From Eledone cirrhosa (taxonomy: Eukaryota), in NCBI GenBank assembly GCA_964016885.1, contig OZ024741.1:151156001-151220000 (forward strand): DNA of 64,000 nucleotides. The letters are read 5' to 3'. Shown here in pieces: positions 28,959 through 42,882 of the stretch (position 1 is its first letter; each line of letters opens with the position of its first letter). The notes under the pieces were generated by a model. The model had not been told where the DNA came from and did not search any database. It saw only the letters and a list, made by a program, of their open reading frames with translations. Both the position numbers and the translations under genes were made by a program.

Positions 28959-29863
28959 TACTAAGTGTGGTAGAAAAGAAACACGATTAAGGTCGCACAA
29001 ATAATATTTGCAAACTACGAAATAATGCCCCTCGTGTATAATGAACTTTCCCATCCTTCTCCGCCACGCTTCCAAACACCCCTGGAAGGAATATCCCCGG
29101 ATTTTCCGCAAATCCGTTATCACGCCCGGAAAATGGGACTCCTTGATGACTCTCTTGAGTTTGGTAAAAAGGAAAAATTCACAGGGAACCAGGTCAGTTG
29201 ACTTGGTAGGTTGCTCCAGCAGGGTGATGTTCTTCTCGGTCAAGAACTGCTGGATGCTCAGCGCACTGTGTCTCTGCAACAAGTCTGGTTCGATTTCATG
29301 ACGCTCGAGTATGTCCTGACACACCTGCATGCGCTGCTTCTTTTGGTTATCGTTCAACACCATCGGCACCGCCTTCGCGCAGATCTTTCGCATGCCCAAA
29401 TCTTCTGTGATAATCTTTAAACTCTGTCGCGGTTTTTGTCCAGCTCACATGCAGTCAGTCAGTCAGCTGACGATCCCACGCACCACATGCCACACGCGCT
29501 CAACGCAAACTCTAGTCCTGCTCTTTGAAGACCTTCCGCCTTTAGGGCCGTCTTTCACGCCCTCGCTTCCCGCTTTGAACCTTTTGTGTCACTCAAAAAT
29601 CCGTAGCGTGACATCGTCTCATCTCCGTACACTTGCTGTAGAATTCTGAGTGCTTCTGACGGAATTTTTCCCAGCTGGGTCAGAAACTTCAGGCTGGTTC
29701 ACTGCTCTGTGCTCATCGCTCGACAGTCACATGAAAAAGCATACAATGATTGCAGAGAGCTGAGATCGCAGTTGTATACTCCTCGGGTAGTAGGTCACAC
29801 GCTGACGCAACCCGCTAATGCCTACCCCTCTCAAAGTCCTGCAACTTTCTGGCACACCTCGTA
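28959..29863 (-). mobile_element. Degenerate, internally deleted mariner transposon
   Basis: MRKICAKAVPMVL..QK..R..C; QPTKSTDLVPCEFFLFTKLK (YSPDLAPxD-like); imperfect TIRs TACTAAGTGTGGTAGAAAAG / CTTTCTGGCACACCTCGTA with TA ends. Confidence 0.8.
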
Positions 29864-30665
29864 CACGGAGGATGCCGTACAGTTTCCGTCGGTCAAATTT
29901 CTCTCAATGTATTAGTCAACCCAACACTACCAATACGAGTGTAAAAAACATTTGCCCAAGGCACCAGAGTGGGCCTGTATTAGATTCCATGTCGTTGTGA
30001 AGGGAGCACCTTTAACTTACAGCCATGCATGCGCCTACATACGCAGACACATAAACAAACACACAAACAGACAAACATATATCTATATCTATATATATAT
30101 TTATATATGTAATATATACAATAAATAGTAAATAATAAATCCAAGAGCTCAGATTGAATTTAGTTTTTATTTGTCTTACTCACGTTTCTTGGTATGTCTT
30201 TCCCAAGTTTGATCTTTCAACTTATTACTCTTGTTTCCATGCACACACACACACATACCCCACGCACACACACACACACACCACGCGCACACACATATAC
30301 ACACACATACATACCCCACGCACACACACACACGCACACATATATTTATGTATAATTTTTGTTCAGAATAATTGGCTATACTTTGATGACATGAAATGAG
30401 ATAAAGCCGAAAATGTCATAAAATAATACAATTGCTTCCTGGGAAATATTGTTAAATCGCTCATTAAGTCACTTTAGGTTATATCAGTAATTTCTTTATG
30501 GCGTGTTTGTGTATATGTTGTGTGTATGGATGTGTGTCTGTGTCATTCTCTAAGAATATTTATATATACACACACACCTAAAATGTATGTCTATACGTGG
30601 CGGGTGTGGAGAGGATGTCTCCTAGTGTATCATTCTGTATAAATAGACACACACACGCACACACA

Positions 30666-30808
<143 letters not shown>

Positions 30809-31030
30809 CCGACCGGGATCCCAGATGAACCCACAGCACGAGACGAAGCGCAAATAGGAGCAGCAGCAACAAACTTCCTGTTGCATCAATGACCAACCAG
30901 GGTAGGTTAGCTTTAGAAAGTGTAGCATCAACGGCGGTGCTCCAGGATGGGCCCAGCCTGTCGACTGGAACATGTAACAGAGTAATAGAGTATACACACG
31001 CATGTATATATATGTATATATATATATATA

Positions 31031-31102
<72 letters not shown>

Positions 31103-32163
31103 ATGCGTGTGCGTGTCTGTGTGTACCCAGCCCCGTATATATCGATAATGGGTATTAAACTATCATTATCATAATAATTACTATCTATTATTTCTTTCTT
31201 TGTTCTCTACTGTAGATACACCAGGTGTCTATAGCGTAGAATGAACACATTTTGATTAGTCATCATGAGATTCCTAATTCCATCTCACAAAGTGCTCGAA
31301 AAATTTAGAGGCAAGCAACTGAACATTTCACAGACATGTATACCCTTAACGCTGTTCTCAAGGATATTCTGTGTGACACAGTAAGTTGCGAGGCTGACAC
31401 CCCTAGAATCAAAGTGCCCAAGACACGCTGTATGTCACTAAGGCGCCGCCATACATATTCTAAGTTGAAGGATCTTCACATGACTTTAAATCAGAGGCGT
31501 CACAGTTTCCGGTGGTAGTTCAGGAGTTGCTGAACCCAAATACAGGATATCCAGTGTTCTTCAGATTTCAAAATACACCACGTCCTCATACACACTCTTT
31601 CTATATACACACCATGTATACATACATTAATACAAATCTAGTTTCTATAAATATTCTTGGTTCCACATTTGCAATCAGATATTCACACTCCCCCATAGAA
31701 AACATTTAACTAACAAAGTACCCAAGGGAGATATTTTTTTAGAAACCTTGTTTTTCCATTTTAAACATATATCGCTTTGGTATGCTGACCTAACTTTCTA
31801 CTTTTCTAATTTATCCTTGTATGGTCAGATTGTTTCTCTCTTTTCCATCTCCCAATCTCTCTCTCTCTGTCGATATGTGTGTGTGCATGTGTGTAATAGA
31901 TATATGCATATATGTGTAAATATAAATATATATACATATATGTAGTCGCCAAAATGCAGACAATTATATTAATAGTTGATAAGTGTAAATCCTTTTTGAA
32001 TAAATGGGGTAAATACCCTGCTAAAGGAAAAATGTTTGCCTTACAACATACAGCTTTTATATTAGTAATTATTATACCCACTTCTCACCTAAACTTCATT
32101 AAGGCCACATGTTATAAGCTATTTTATAGCTTCTTAGCGCATGAGCACACCACCATTTACATT

Positions 32164-32247
<84 letters not shown>

Positions 32248-32249
32248 CT

Positions 32250-32344
<95 letters not shown>

Positions 32345-32388
32345 GAAATACTGTTGGCTTCACGCTCACAATAATTTCTATACTTTCA

Positions 32389-32453
<65 letters not shown>

Positions 32454-32808
32454 GATTTGACGAAAGTCGATCGACTGTCGATATATACATACATACTCCC
32501 ACATATATACATGAATCGAAGGCTTCAAAAACATCACCTTTGTCAGTTTCCTTATCGGTTTCCTTGTCGTTTTACTTTGGATTACCTCTACAACGTAACC
32601 TTATTTTGTAATGAAGCTATCTGATAAGATCATAGCAGTGCCTACAAGGAATCGTGTCATTGAAATATGCATCTCAATAAAGGACTTTAACATCTACAAC
32701 TACTTTGCATTTTTTAAATTCTAAATATACTCCGTCATTGGTATGTGGAAAAAGTACATAGAGTGCTTGAATAGAATTGCATCAATATTTTCCGTAAGTA
32801 TATATATA

Positions 32809-33134
32809 TAAGGAAAAAAGATGAAATCGAAAATGCAATTGTAGTCTTTTTTTTTTAAATATATATCTATATGGTTCCTTTACTCGTTTCGTAGTTCTTA
32901 TGCTTTTCAAAAGTATAATAGAGATGGAGTGAGAAAAACCACAAACCCTCCAACTCAATTCTACTTTTGAAAAGCAGAAGAACTGCGAAACGGGTAAAGG
33001 AACCAAATAAATATATATATATATTTTTAAAAAAAGACTCCAGTTGCATTTTCGATTTCTTCTTTTTTCCTTATACTTTCGCTCGTGTAGAACACCTCGG
33101 TTATTTTTCATTTTGTAAAAAAAACCCTCACTTT

Positions 33135-33138
<4 letters not shown>
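32809..33138. mobile_element. Fold-back element in (TA)n with HHR-like 3' half
   Basis: Arms ~32809-32930/32948-33074 plus tail; C-GAAA C GG G TA after the central hairpin. Confidence 0.6.
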
Positions 33139-33197
<59 letters not shown>

Positions 33198-33789
33198 GAA
33201 ATAGAGAAATTAATGTGAGCAAGAAGCCAACAGTATTTCCTAATATATAAGTGACTATAACGTCAAAATGGAAAATATTTAACGTAAGATATGGGAAAAT
33301 AATTCAAAGTCAATTAAAAAAAATCAAGACAGAGATTTTATCCACAGATTTTTGTGAAATCCAGGGAAAAAAACCAATAGAGTCTTAACTCAGAATAAAA
33401 TAAAGTTTAAATACTCATCCTTCAATTTGGAAAAACTACAAATGCTCTATATAGTCTTAAAAATACTATTTCACGAAACTTTTCAGTGGGATTAGTCCCG
33501 GTTGGGATCGTTCATCAGTAGAGCTCAACAATACAACCAAAATATCACTGCCAAAATATGCCAGAAAGGGAATATAAAAGCAGGCTAGTTCACCTCGTGC
33601 GGAATTATGAAAATAAACACACATGGAGAAACATGGCTGGTGATGTCAGAATGAGACGAAGAAACAGCAGTCAAAACATTCTGAAAAAAACTCTGCAAAA
33701 GTATGGAGTTCAGCATATAGCAATATTATCGCGGCTTTTAAAAAAAAAAGACCGGGATTAGTCACAAATAATTTTAAGCACTCTAAAGG

Positions 33790-33880
<91 letters not shown>

Positions 33881-33927
33881 CATACATACATACATACATA
33901 CATACATACAAATACATATATATATAT

Positions 33928-34190
33928 ATAAGCAAAATAATTAATGAAAGAGTTACAAGACGTTAAAACATATCTTTATAAAGATATGTTTTAATGGCTT
34001 CTAACTCTTTCATTAATTATTTTGCTTATCACCGCTCTGCTTAACCTTTACACAAAATATTAACTTTCTCTAATATTTAACCCTGAAAACCCAAGCATTG
34101 AGCACTTACGCATCCGCTTTTGGCATGTAATATTCTGTATTGCACCTCTTTATACTTCTTCTTTCTAACCTCTTTTTCGATACTGTAACC

Positions 34191-34192
<2 letters not shown>
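33928..34192. mobile_element. ~100-bp hairpin plus tail in (TA)n
   Basis: ataagcaaaataattaatgaaagagtta..aaaacatatcttt|a|taaagatatgtttt..taactctttcattaattattttgcttat. Confidence 0.6.
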
Positions 34193-34259
<67 letters not shown>

Positions 34260-34601
34260 TATATACATACAGTTGGGTGCGGATGCATTCATGTATATAT
34301 GTGTGTGTCCGCATGTATCTGTGTGTTTCTAAATATATTAATAACTCCCTCTGGTCGAGCAATCTTCGAGGTGTGGGGACAACTGGAAAGCTTCCATTAC
34401 TCATACTTCTCGCCTTCTTCACTACCTCTTCTACGGCCTCGATATGAATACCCCCTCCGCCTCCGTGGTATTTTCTTCGTGGTTATAAGAGGCTTACCTC
34501 TGTTTCTCGACCGTTATATCGCGTGACTATCTCCCCCTCCGCCTTTTGGGATTCTTTCTCACGTCGTGTAGACGCGTTCTTGGGACTAGTAAAATGAGGT
34601 A

Positions 34602-34689
34602 TCCTCTTGATAAGTCGGCAGACCTCGCAGGGACTCTATATCTTTGATATATTGTTTTTGTTTATGCCACGAAACTACGTAGTCGAGGA
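34602..34689 (+). ncRNA. Type I hammerhead ribozyme, U3-A8 variant, long stem II (unit 1)
   Basis: TCCTC-TTGATAA-GT(C)GGCA..TGCCAC-GAAA-CTA CG TAG-TC-GAGGA; GUC site. Confidence 0.8.
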
Positions 34690-35192
34690 ATTTAGGAACA
34701 GTTTAGGTATGATACATTATATTACTAATTATATCTAAATGTTTCTTCTCTCTTCATAATGTATTTTTAACTCTGATACTGGTTCAGTCTGGTTCAAACT
34801 GAATTGGTCTGTCCCAGTCATTCATTGAGCAACATCGGTGAAGTTGGCACCCTTAACTCACAGTTGGGTGCGGATGCATTCATGTATATATGTGTGTGTC
34901 CGCATGTATCTGTGTGTTTCTAAATATATTAATAACTCCCTCTGGTCGAGCAATCTTTGAGGTGTGGGGACAACTGGAAAGCTTCCATTACTCATACTTC
35001 TCGCCTTCTTCACTACCTCTTCTACGGCCTCGATATGAAGACCCCCTCCGCCTCCGTGGTATTTTCTTCGTGGTTATAAGAGGCTTAGCTCTGTTTCTCG
35101 ACCGTTATATCGCGTGACTATCTCCCACTCCGCCTTTTGGGATTCTTTCTCACGTCGTGTAGACGCGTTCTTGGGACTAGTAAAATGAGGTA

Positions 35193-35280
35193 TCCTCTTG
35201 ATAAGTCGGCAGACCTCGCAGGGACTCTATATCTTTGATATATTGTTTTTGTTTATGCCACGAAACTACGTAGTCGAGGA
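35193..35280 (+). ncRNA. Type I hammerhead ribozyme, U3-A8 variant (unit 2)
   Basis: Same sequence as 34602-34689. Confidence 0.8.
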
Positions 35281-35511
35281 ATTTAGGAACAGTTTAGGTA
35301 TGATACATTTTATTACTAATTATATCTAAATGTTTCTTCTCTCTTCATAATGTATTTTTAACTCTGATACTGGTTCAGTCTGGTTCAAACTGAATTGGTC
35401 TGTCCCAGTCATTCATTGAGCAACATCGGTGAAGTTGGCACCCTTAACTCACAGTTGGGTGCGGATGCATTCATGTATATATGTGTGTGTCCGCATGTAT
35501 CTGTGTGTTTC

Positions 35512-35682
<171 letters not shown>

Positions 35683-35792
35683 TTATATATAGATAGATAA
35701 AATTAGAATTGTATTTCTCGCCCTAGCACAGCTGATACATAAATGTAAGTATGCATGGTCACACACACACACGCACACACACACACACACAT

Positions 35793-35829
<37 letters not shown>

Positions 35830-36517
35830 GATAGATATATATATATATATATATATATAGATATATAGATATATGTATATATATATATATATATATAGAT
35901 ATATATATATATATATATAGATATATATATAGATATATAGATATATGTATATATATTCGCCCATATCTTTATTCATTCGTATATATTTAGCCACGCGCGA
36001 CTTCTTTTTTTTAAATTGATGTTTTATTTTACACCTCGGTGCTTGTCTGTTTTTCTTCACTCACTTTCCCTCTATCCTCTCTCCTGTCTCTCTCACTCAC
36101 TCTCTTTCTCTCTCCCTCTCTCCTGTCTCCTCTCTCCTGTCTCCTCTCTCTTTCTCCCTCTCTGCTCATTGTCTAGATACTTTTAGGACTTCATGTCCAA
36201 ACAACAAAAAAATACTTTTAGTACTTCCTCCGCCTTCATTTTTGTTGTTCTTGGCTAATCAATATGTTGGGCCTTATCAATAACCCTCCCTTTCAGTTTC
36301 AGCTGCTCATGAGATAGTGGCAAATTTTATCTTATTTATAAATAGTCGAAAAGAGTACCTTCTTGTCCTTTGTCCATTTGTACTGTCCCTTGTGTACTAC
36401 AGCCAGTTGCATCGACCTTAAAGCACTGAAAGGACGTATCTCTAGCGATTGACTGATGAGATGGACTGTATTTCTTCATTTTCCAGTCTTCGCCCCCTCC
36501 CCCCCATATATATATAA

Positions 36518-36595
<78 letters not shown>

Positions 36596-36755
36596 ACTTT
36601 ATTTCAATGTGAGTACACACTTATACACATATACACATGTTAGCTTTGTTATCATATTATGTCTTACATATGTCTTATACTTCACTAATTAGTTTCGTGA
36701 ACTGCAATACACATGAATCTCCGAATAATAATATAGATCCTTCTTCTGAACATTG

Positions 36756-36800
<45 letters not shown>

Positions 36801-37161
36801 GAGAGAGAGAGAGTGTGTGTGTGTGTGTGGCAGGAAGTTCGAGAGTGAGAGGAGTGAAAGCGGGAGAGTGAGCATATACAAAGAAAGAGAGAGAGAGAGA
36901 TGGAGAGAGATAGATAGATATATTTCTTTATTATCGACAGAGGCACAAAAGAAGGGGACAAATACAAAGGGGGAAGTTTACATACAATAAAAACGTGTAA
37001 AATGTTATCACAAATGGAATTTAAAAAGTTAGTCGATTTTCCCCAATAGAGGGAGACAGTTTATATGGGTAACACATACCCCCGAAAAAAAATGTGCAAC
37101 CCTCATCTCCAGGAGTACGAAGAGTTTGTACTCCTTTCCTCTCCTCTTCCTTTTCCTCAAC

Positions 37162-40100
37162 CTACAGGCTGATATAGAGAGAAGGCCCATTCACTCGGGC
37201 CATTCTCGCCACTTTCACCCACCTTTCATAAAACTTGCTGGGGTACAGCACCTCTCTCTCCATCCTGATTCTTCTTCCAAAGTGGTATTTGAAAAAAAGA
37301 ATCAGTTGTTGGCCGGAGAGAAAGGTGTCTGACCTCAGCCATTTCAACTTTGTCCACCATACAACCTCTTTCGCCATAGCTATCACACAAAGGAAAACCG
37401 CCTCTCCTTCGTTTTTGAAGGAGGGTGGCGGTTTGATCATGACAATGGACTCGGTGGTCAACTGGATTGGTCCCACCCGCGACAATAGTCGTTCTACATA
37501 ACCCCACAGGTCAGTGACGCCCGGGTAGTGTATGAATGCGTGCTCGACGGTTTCTTTGTCTCGCACGCAGCTCGGACAGATCTTTTTTGCAGGGTCTCTG
37601 CCCGGGCGCCCATGTCTGTAGAGCTTGTCTCGAACTGGTAGAGCTCCTCGGTAGCACTGCCAGGCCAGGGACTTTTGGAAGTTGTCCATCGGTCCCGGGC
37701 GGAAGGTCCTACCGAACAGACTGGCCAGTTCATCTTCCTCTACGCCTAGAGTTTCAACGAGCGCGTCGTCGCACTTGCTGCGGACCAGCCCTCTATAGAA
37801 TGACGAAGTGGAGTCTCCACTGATCGCCGGGTCCGCCTGCCAGAGGGCTGCGAGCGCCTGAGCACATTCGATGTGCCAGTCGCCCATTTTCCTCGGTCTT
37901 TGCTTGACCCAGGACTGCAGCTCGGTCAGCGAGACGAGTCGTGGGAAGGCTCGCCACACGAACGGGGCCCACACCGGTTGTCCGGTGAGGAATACGTAGA
38001 GATGCCGCAGCCTGAGCGCGTGTTTGCGCATCGTCAACCACGGCATCCCCAGCCCTCCGTTAGAAGGGTGTTGGCAGCAGATGGATCTTCTCACCAAAGG
38101 AGCCCGCCTCTTCCAAAGGAATCGGAAGAGCGCGCGCTCCATTTTGGCGAGCGTTTTGGCTGCACAAGGCACGACGGTCAAGCGGTAGTAGATGGCGGAC
38201 GCTATAAAAGTGTTCGCCACCTCCGCTCGACCTTTCAAGGATAGTTTTCACTCGGCCCACTTCTGGGTGAGTGCAAACACCTTGGCCGTCACTTCGTTCC
38301 AGTTCTTCTCCACCTGGAGGTCCGGAACAAACCAGACCCCGAGCAGCTTTACCGGTCCTTCCGTCCAGCGTCCGACGACGCCATCGGAAGGCAACGGTTT
38401 GCCTCTCCACGATCCGTGTTGCAAACCGATGGATTTGTCCCGGTTCAGCTTCGCTCCTGTGAGACTTTCGTATTCCTTCAGTAAGATGCCGACTTCCTCG
38501 ATTTGCGAGGCGCTCGACACCATTACTGTTACGTCGTCGGCGTAGGCCGACGCCGCTTTCCGCAGTCCAGGTTCAAGAGGGATGCCCTGCAATAGCTCCA
38601 GCTTCCGCAGTAGTGGCTCGAGAGTCAGTACGTACAGAAGGGAGGAGAGAGGGCATCCCTCTCGAATGGATCGCGTAATATGGAACGGCTCCGAGAGGTA
38701 GCCGTTCACCTTGACCCTTGAGCAGATGTTGCTGTTGTGCATTGCAGCAATCCAGCCCCTGAACACGGGTCCGAAGCCTGCCGCCTCGAGCACCGCATCC
38801 AGGTAACGATGGTCAACCCTATCGAAAGCCTTAGACTGATCCAAGTTGATCAGGGCCCCACCGAAGCCGGGTTTACACCCTACCCTCTCTATATTGTATC
38901 GCATGAGGTGGAGGTTGTCGTGTATGGACCTGGTCGGGATTGCGCATGTCTGCGCTTCTCCCACCAGGTTCTCGATGACAAGCGCCAGCCTCTTTGCCAA
39001 CACCTTGGCCAAAATCTGTAACTCTGTGTTTAGCAGAGTTATGGGCCGGAAGTTGCCTATGTCATCCCCCTTATTCTCGGCCTTCCTGATAAGTGTGACC
39101 ACGCCCCCGGTTACAGAACTGGGAATTCTCCCGTTCGGTTGCCAGTTGCAGTAGACCGCTTCCAGGAGACCGGAGAATAAGTCCGGTATTGCTATGTAAA
39201 ATTCGTAGGGTAGACCGTCGAGACCTGGAGATTTGCGTTTGCCGCATTGGCTCAGCACGTCCCCTATCTCAGTGGCTGAAATCGGCTTTTCGCAGAACTT
39301 TGCCTCGCTGTCCGAGAGTCGCGGTAGGCCGTCGAGGTATGGACCGAAATCCATAGCCTCTCCTGGCGCCCCCCCCCCCCCCCCCCCGAACAGCCGAGCA
39401 AAGTGCCGCTGAAAAGCCGCACACATCTGCTTCGGCTCACGTATCACGCGTCCGTTTTGGTCCTTCAAAGACCGAATCGTGGACTTGTTGCCACTTTTTG
39501 CCTCCGTCACTCGGGCCCAGCTAACAGCTTTGGCTCCCTCGTTTCCCAGAGCACGTATTTTGCTTCTGACAACGCAGCCCTCGTGCTTTGCGTCGAAGAA
39601 CTGGTCCAAGGCCGTTCTCGGTGCTAGCACGCTGGCTACGTTGCCACTTCTAATTCCCTCTTCTACTTCATCTACCAGTTCCTTCTCGGTTCTATTTCTA
39701 TCTAACGCTAATTCTTTACTAAAAACTATCGAGTCTAATCTAACTGCCCTCTTGAGAGAGTACCACCATCTGTTGTTGACAATGGCCCCTGTCAAGTGCT
39801 GTTTAACTAAAGTGCTAATCCGTCTACTGTAGGCTTTGCTTGTCGGTAACGACGAGTTCAGCTTCCAGTAGCCGGGTCCTTGTCTATGGGTTCTATCAAG
39901 GTTGGCCATGCAGGTCACTAGTTTGTGATCTGAATAGGCAACCATGAACATTTGTGGACAGCTTAACATGTCCCTATCCTTATTTCTAACTAGAACCGTA
40001 TCTAGGTACGATCTAGATGTTCCGCTACGATTACTCCACGTCCACAGTGACGCAGTCGGAAAATCTAGTCGATATCTATCGGCTAGGTCAAATCGGTCGA

Positions 40101-40604
40101 TTAACTGTTTGAAGCTGTTACACCCCCTTTATCGGGACATGCTCACACATAGTCCCAAGGTGCATCTAGGATTCCATTCCAGTCCCCCACTAAAAGGAAG
40201 GAGCGGGACGTTCCCAGAAAAGTCTCTAGACGTTTGAAGAAGTCTGGCCGCGGTGTCCCGGATGGGGAATATGCGGCCACCAGCCTGAAGGCTCCACCTT
40301 CACTACCGTAAACGTCTAGGACCACCAGTCGACCCTCCGGGCCCAGATGTACCGTCTGTGTTACGAGGCCCAGGTGTTTCCGCAGCAAAACAGCAACTCC
40401 GCCCCCACCCGCCGGTTGACAGAGAGATGAGTAGATCTCAAAGTCATCGAAGATGGGGGCCAGCTGTTGCTCGCTGTGGATCCTGGACTCGCAAATGGCT
40501 ACCACATCCATACTCTGCGACCTAAGGTCGTTTAAGAGTTTTCCCTGTTTCCAGGGCATCCCCAGGCCGCGTACGTTCACACATCCAACTCTTATATTGG
40601 CCAT
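37162..40604 (-). pseudogene. LINE ORF2: APE endonuclease + reverse transcriptase + C-terminal zinc finger (disrupted)
   Basis: VNVRGL, ICESR, GDWN, SDHK, GYWKLN, KSPGLDGL, FRPITLLN, LDQSKAFDRVDH, EGCPLS, YADD; split into three ORFs. Confidence 0.92.
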
Positions 40605-40637
40605 GTTGGTGCTGAAAAGTTAAAAGAGGAAAAGAGA

Positions 40638-42548
40638 TCACTCACCCTTCGCCTCCTGGGGACCAGGCCGCACGATTTCCATGGGGGTGTTGGAGGGGTT
40701 GTCTGGATGGGTGGTGGTTTCCGGCGGGGTGGGGACGCAGATGTTTGGTGGGGTGGGGTCTGGTGGGATGGGGGTGTCTGGGGTGGGGAGGCATTTGAGA
40801 AGGACGCGGTTGAGTGGTTTCACGCAGGAATTCCCCACATCCTTCTCAAATGTTTCTTTTAGGGACCTATAAGTTTGTATAGGGACCCTAATCAGTTTTA
40901 GGTTCAGTTTTTTACTATTTTTAATAGAGTGGGCGAAAGTTTTCCCTTCGGTTTTCACCGAAGTTTCGTTCGTGATGATCTCCATTAGTGTTTTGTTTTC
41001 AGTGTTTATGTAAGTGTAAGTGTAATTTTCTTGTGTTGTGTTTGTTTTTGTCTGTAGTTCTTGTGTGTGCTTTCGTTTTGTTGTAGGTATTTTGTTTTCA
41101 GGAGGTGGGAGTTTGGTTTGTGATGTTTTTGTTGTTGTGTTGGTGGTTGTATGTTTGTGGTAGTGTTTGCTGGGTTTTTGCTTTTGTGATGTATTTTCTT
41201 TCTTTTCGAGCGATGGGGTTCTCCCTCGTCTTCACTGGGTGATGGCGAGCTAGCCTCATCTGTTGTATCGTCTGTGTGATTGGGGAGGGGTATGTCTTGG
41301 GGAGCTGTTGTGTCTGTATGTGATTTTGAAGTGGTTTTAGGTGGAGTGGGGTTGGGTGGGACTGTGTTTGTTGTGGTTATTTTTGTGTGTTGGTGTTGTT
41401 GTTGTGGTGGTGGTGTTGGTGGTTGTGTTATTTTGATGGGTGTCGGCAGAAGAGCCTTTTTTTGGTTCATTAATTTAGGACAGGAAGCCCTCAGGTGACC
41501 CCTGCTAAAGAAATGGTAACATGAAGGCCGCCTACCCTCAACCGAAAGGTTTATGTAGGTGAGTCCGTCCAGGAGTACACGCTGTGGGATCATAGTTATT
41601 CGCTCTGGGCTCATTTGCACCAGAACTTCAATGCTAGTCCCATTGAATACATCTCTGGGGGACTTTCCTACTGACGGTATTCTGTCTTCATCAAAATTGA
41701 TGAAGCCGCACAGTATCCACCATATGTTCACCTTTGGTGTGACACTCGTGATTCTGATCTTTTTCCCATGTATGTATGGAAAAAGGTGTACAGGTTGGAT
41801 ACAATTGGCGACATAGAGTAATTTAATTTTGGGCCGTCAATTGATCCTTCATGAGTACCGAAATACTCATAAAAAGTTTGCTTCTTTGAATGAATGCAAT
41901 ATCATTCATTGAATTTTTGAAAACCAATTCAATTTCTTTCTGTGACAATTGGACTGGTTTTCGGGTAGAATTGGAAACTGTCCTAAAAACTATCGCTTTG
42001 AGAGCAGTTTCCTTGCGAATTTCTACCGGAGAATTGATGCTGAAAGCACCATTTTTTTCGAAAGTGACATATCTCCTAGCGTCCTTTAAAAGTTGTTCAG
42101 CATTTGTTATGTCGAGATATATCAATTCTTCCTTCTTTTGAACTTTCTCTACAAAGGAGATTTTTGGTTTCTTTGTGGAATCCGTATTGGTGGTGTTGTC
42201 ATTATTGTTGTTATTGTTGTTGTTATTCTTGTTGTCACCGATGTTGATAGTATTCGTCTTTTCCTTGGTGTTGTTGTTGTCTTTGATGCTGGTGTTATTG
42301 GTGTTGTCTTTATTTTTTTCTTTGTTGTTGTTATCATTGTTGCTTTTATCATCATTATTGGTGTTGCTGTTATTTTTGTTGTCATTGAATTGTTTGGTGT
42401 CATTTGTGTTGTTTGAATATGAATTCGTTTTTACATTTTCATTTCGTCTTTCCATCTCTATAGTATCTAGTGAAGAAGACGTTGTTGACTGCGAGCTTGG
42501 TAGTCTTACCGCCTCTCCACCACCATTATCGTTGGACGCAGCGTTCAT
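40638..42548 (-). pseudogene. LINE ORF1 (Asn-rich N-terminus, zinc knuckle, Pro/Thr-rich tail), disrupted
   Basis: Three consecutive minus-strand ORFs upstream of ORF2; CYHFFSRGHLRASC degenerate CCHC knuckle. Confidence 0.8.
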
Positions 42549-42787
42549 AACGTAATCAAAATTTTACAATATTTTTTCCAAGATTCGATGGAGAAACATT
42601 TTTTTAATGGATATTCCGCCCCTGTAGGGGCGAAAATGAGTTGACCCACCACCTGAAGGTCCAGACGGGTGGTCAAGTTACACAATGATATAAAATTTAA
42701 TTAAAAACTCACGTTTTTTTCTTACATAAATTAACGGAAACTTCTCCGCGAAGTGAAACAAGTCTGATAGAGAGATAGATAGATAGT

Positions 42788-42882
<95 letters not shown>

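Larger units (their letters stand above)
36922..42765 (-). mobile_element. Near full-length Tx1/L1-clade LINE flanked by GATA repeats
   Basis: 5' UTR, ORF1, ORF2 and 3' UTR ending AATAAAGAAAT; (GATA)n 42766-42881 at the 5' junction and gatagatagata at the 3' junction. Confidence 0.92.

Noticed and set aside
32450-32680. HHR-like TTGACGA..GATA and CTGATAA..GAAATATGCATC
   Set aside because: Core mutations are not compensatory and stem I is missing
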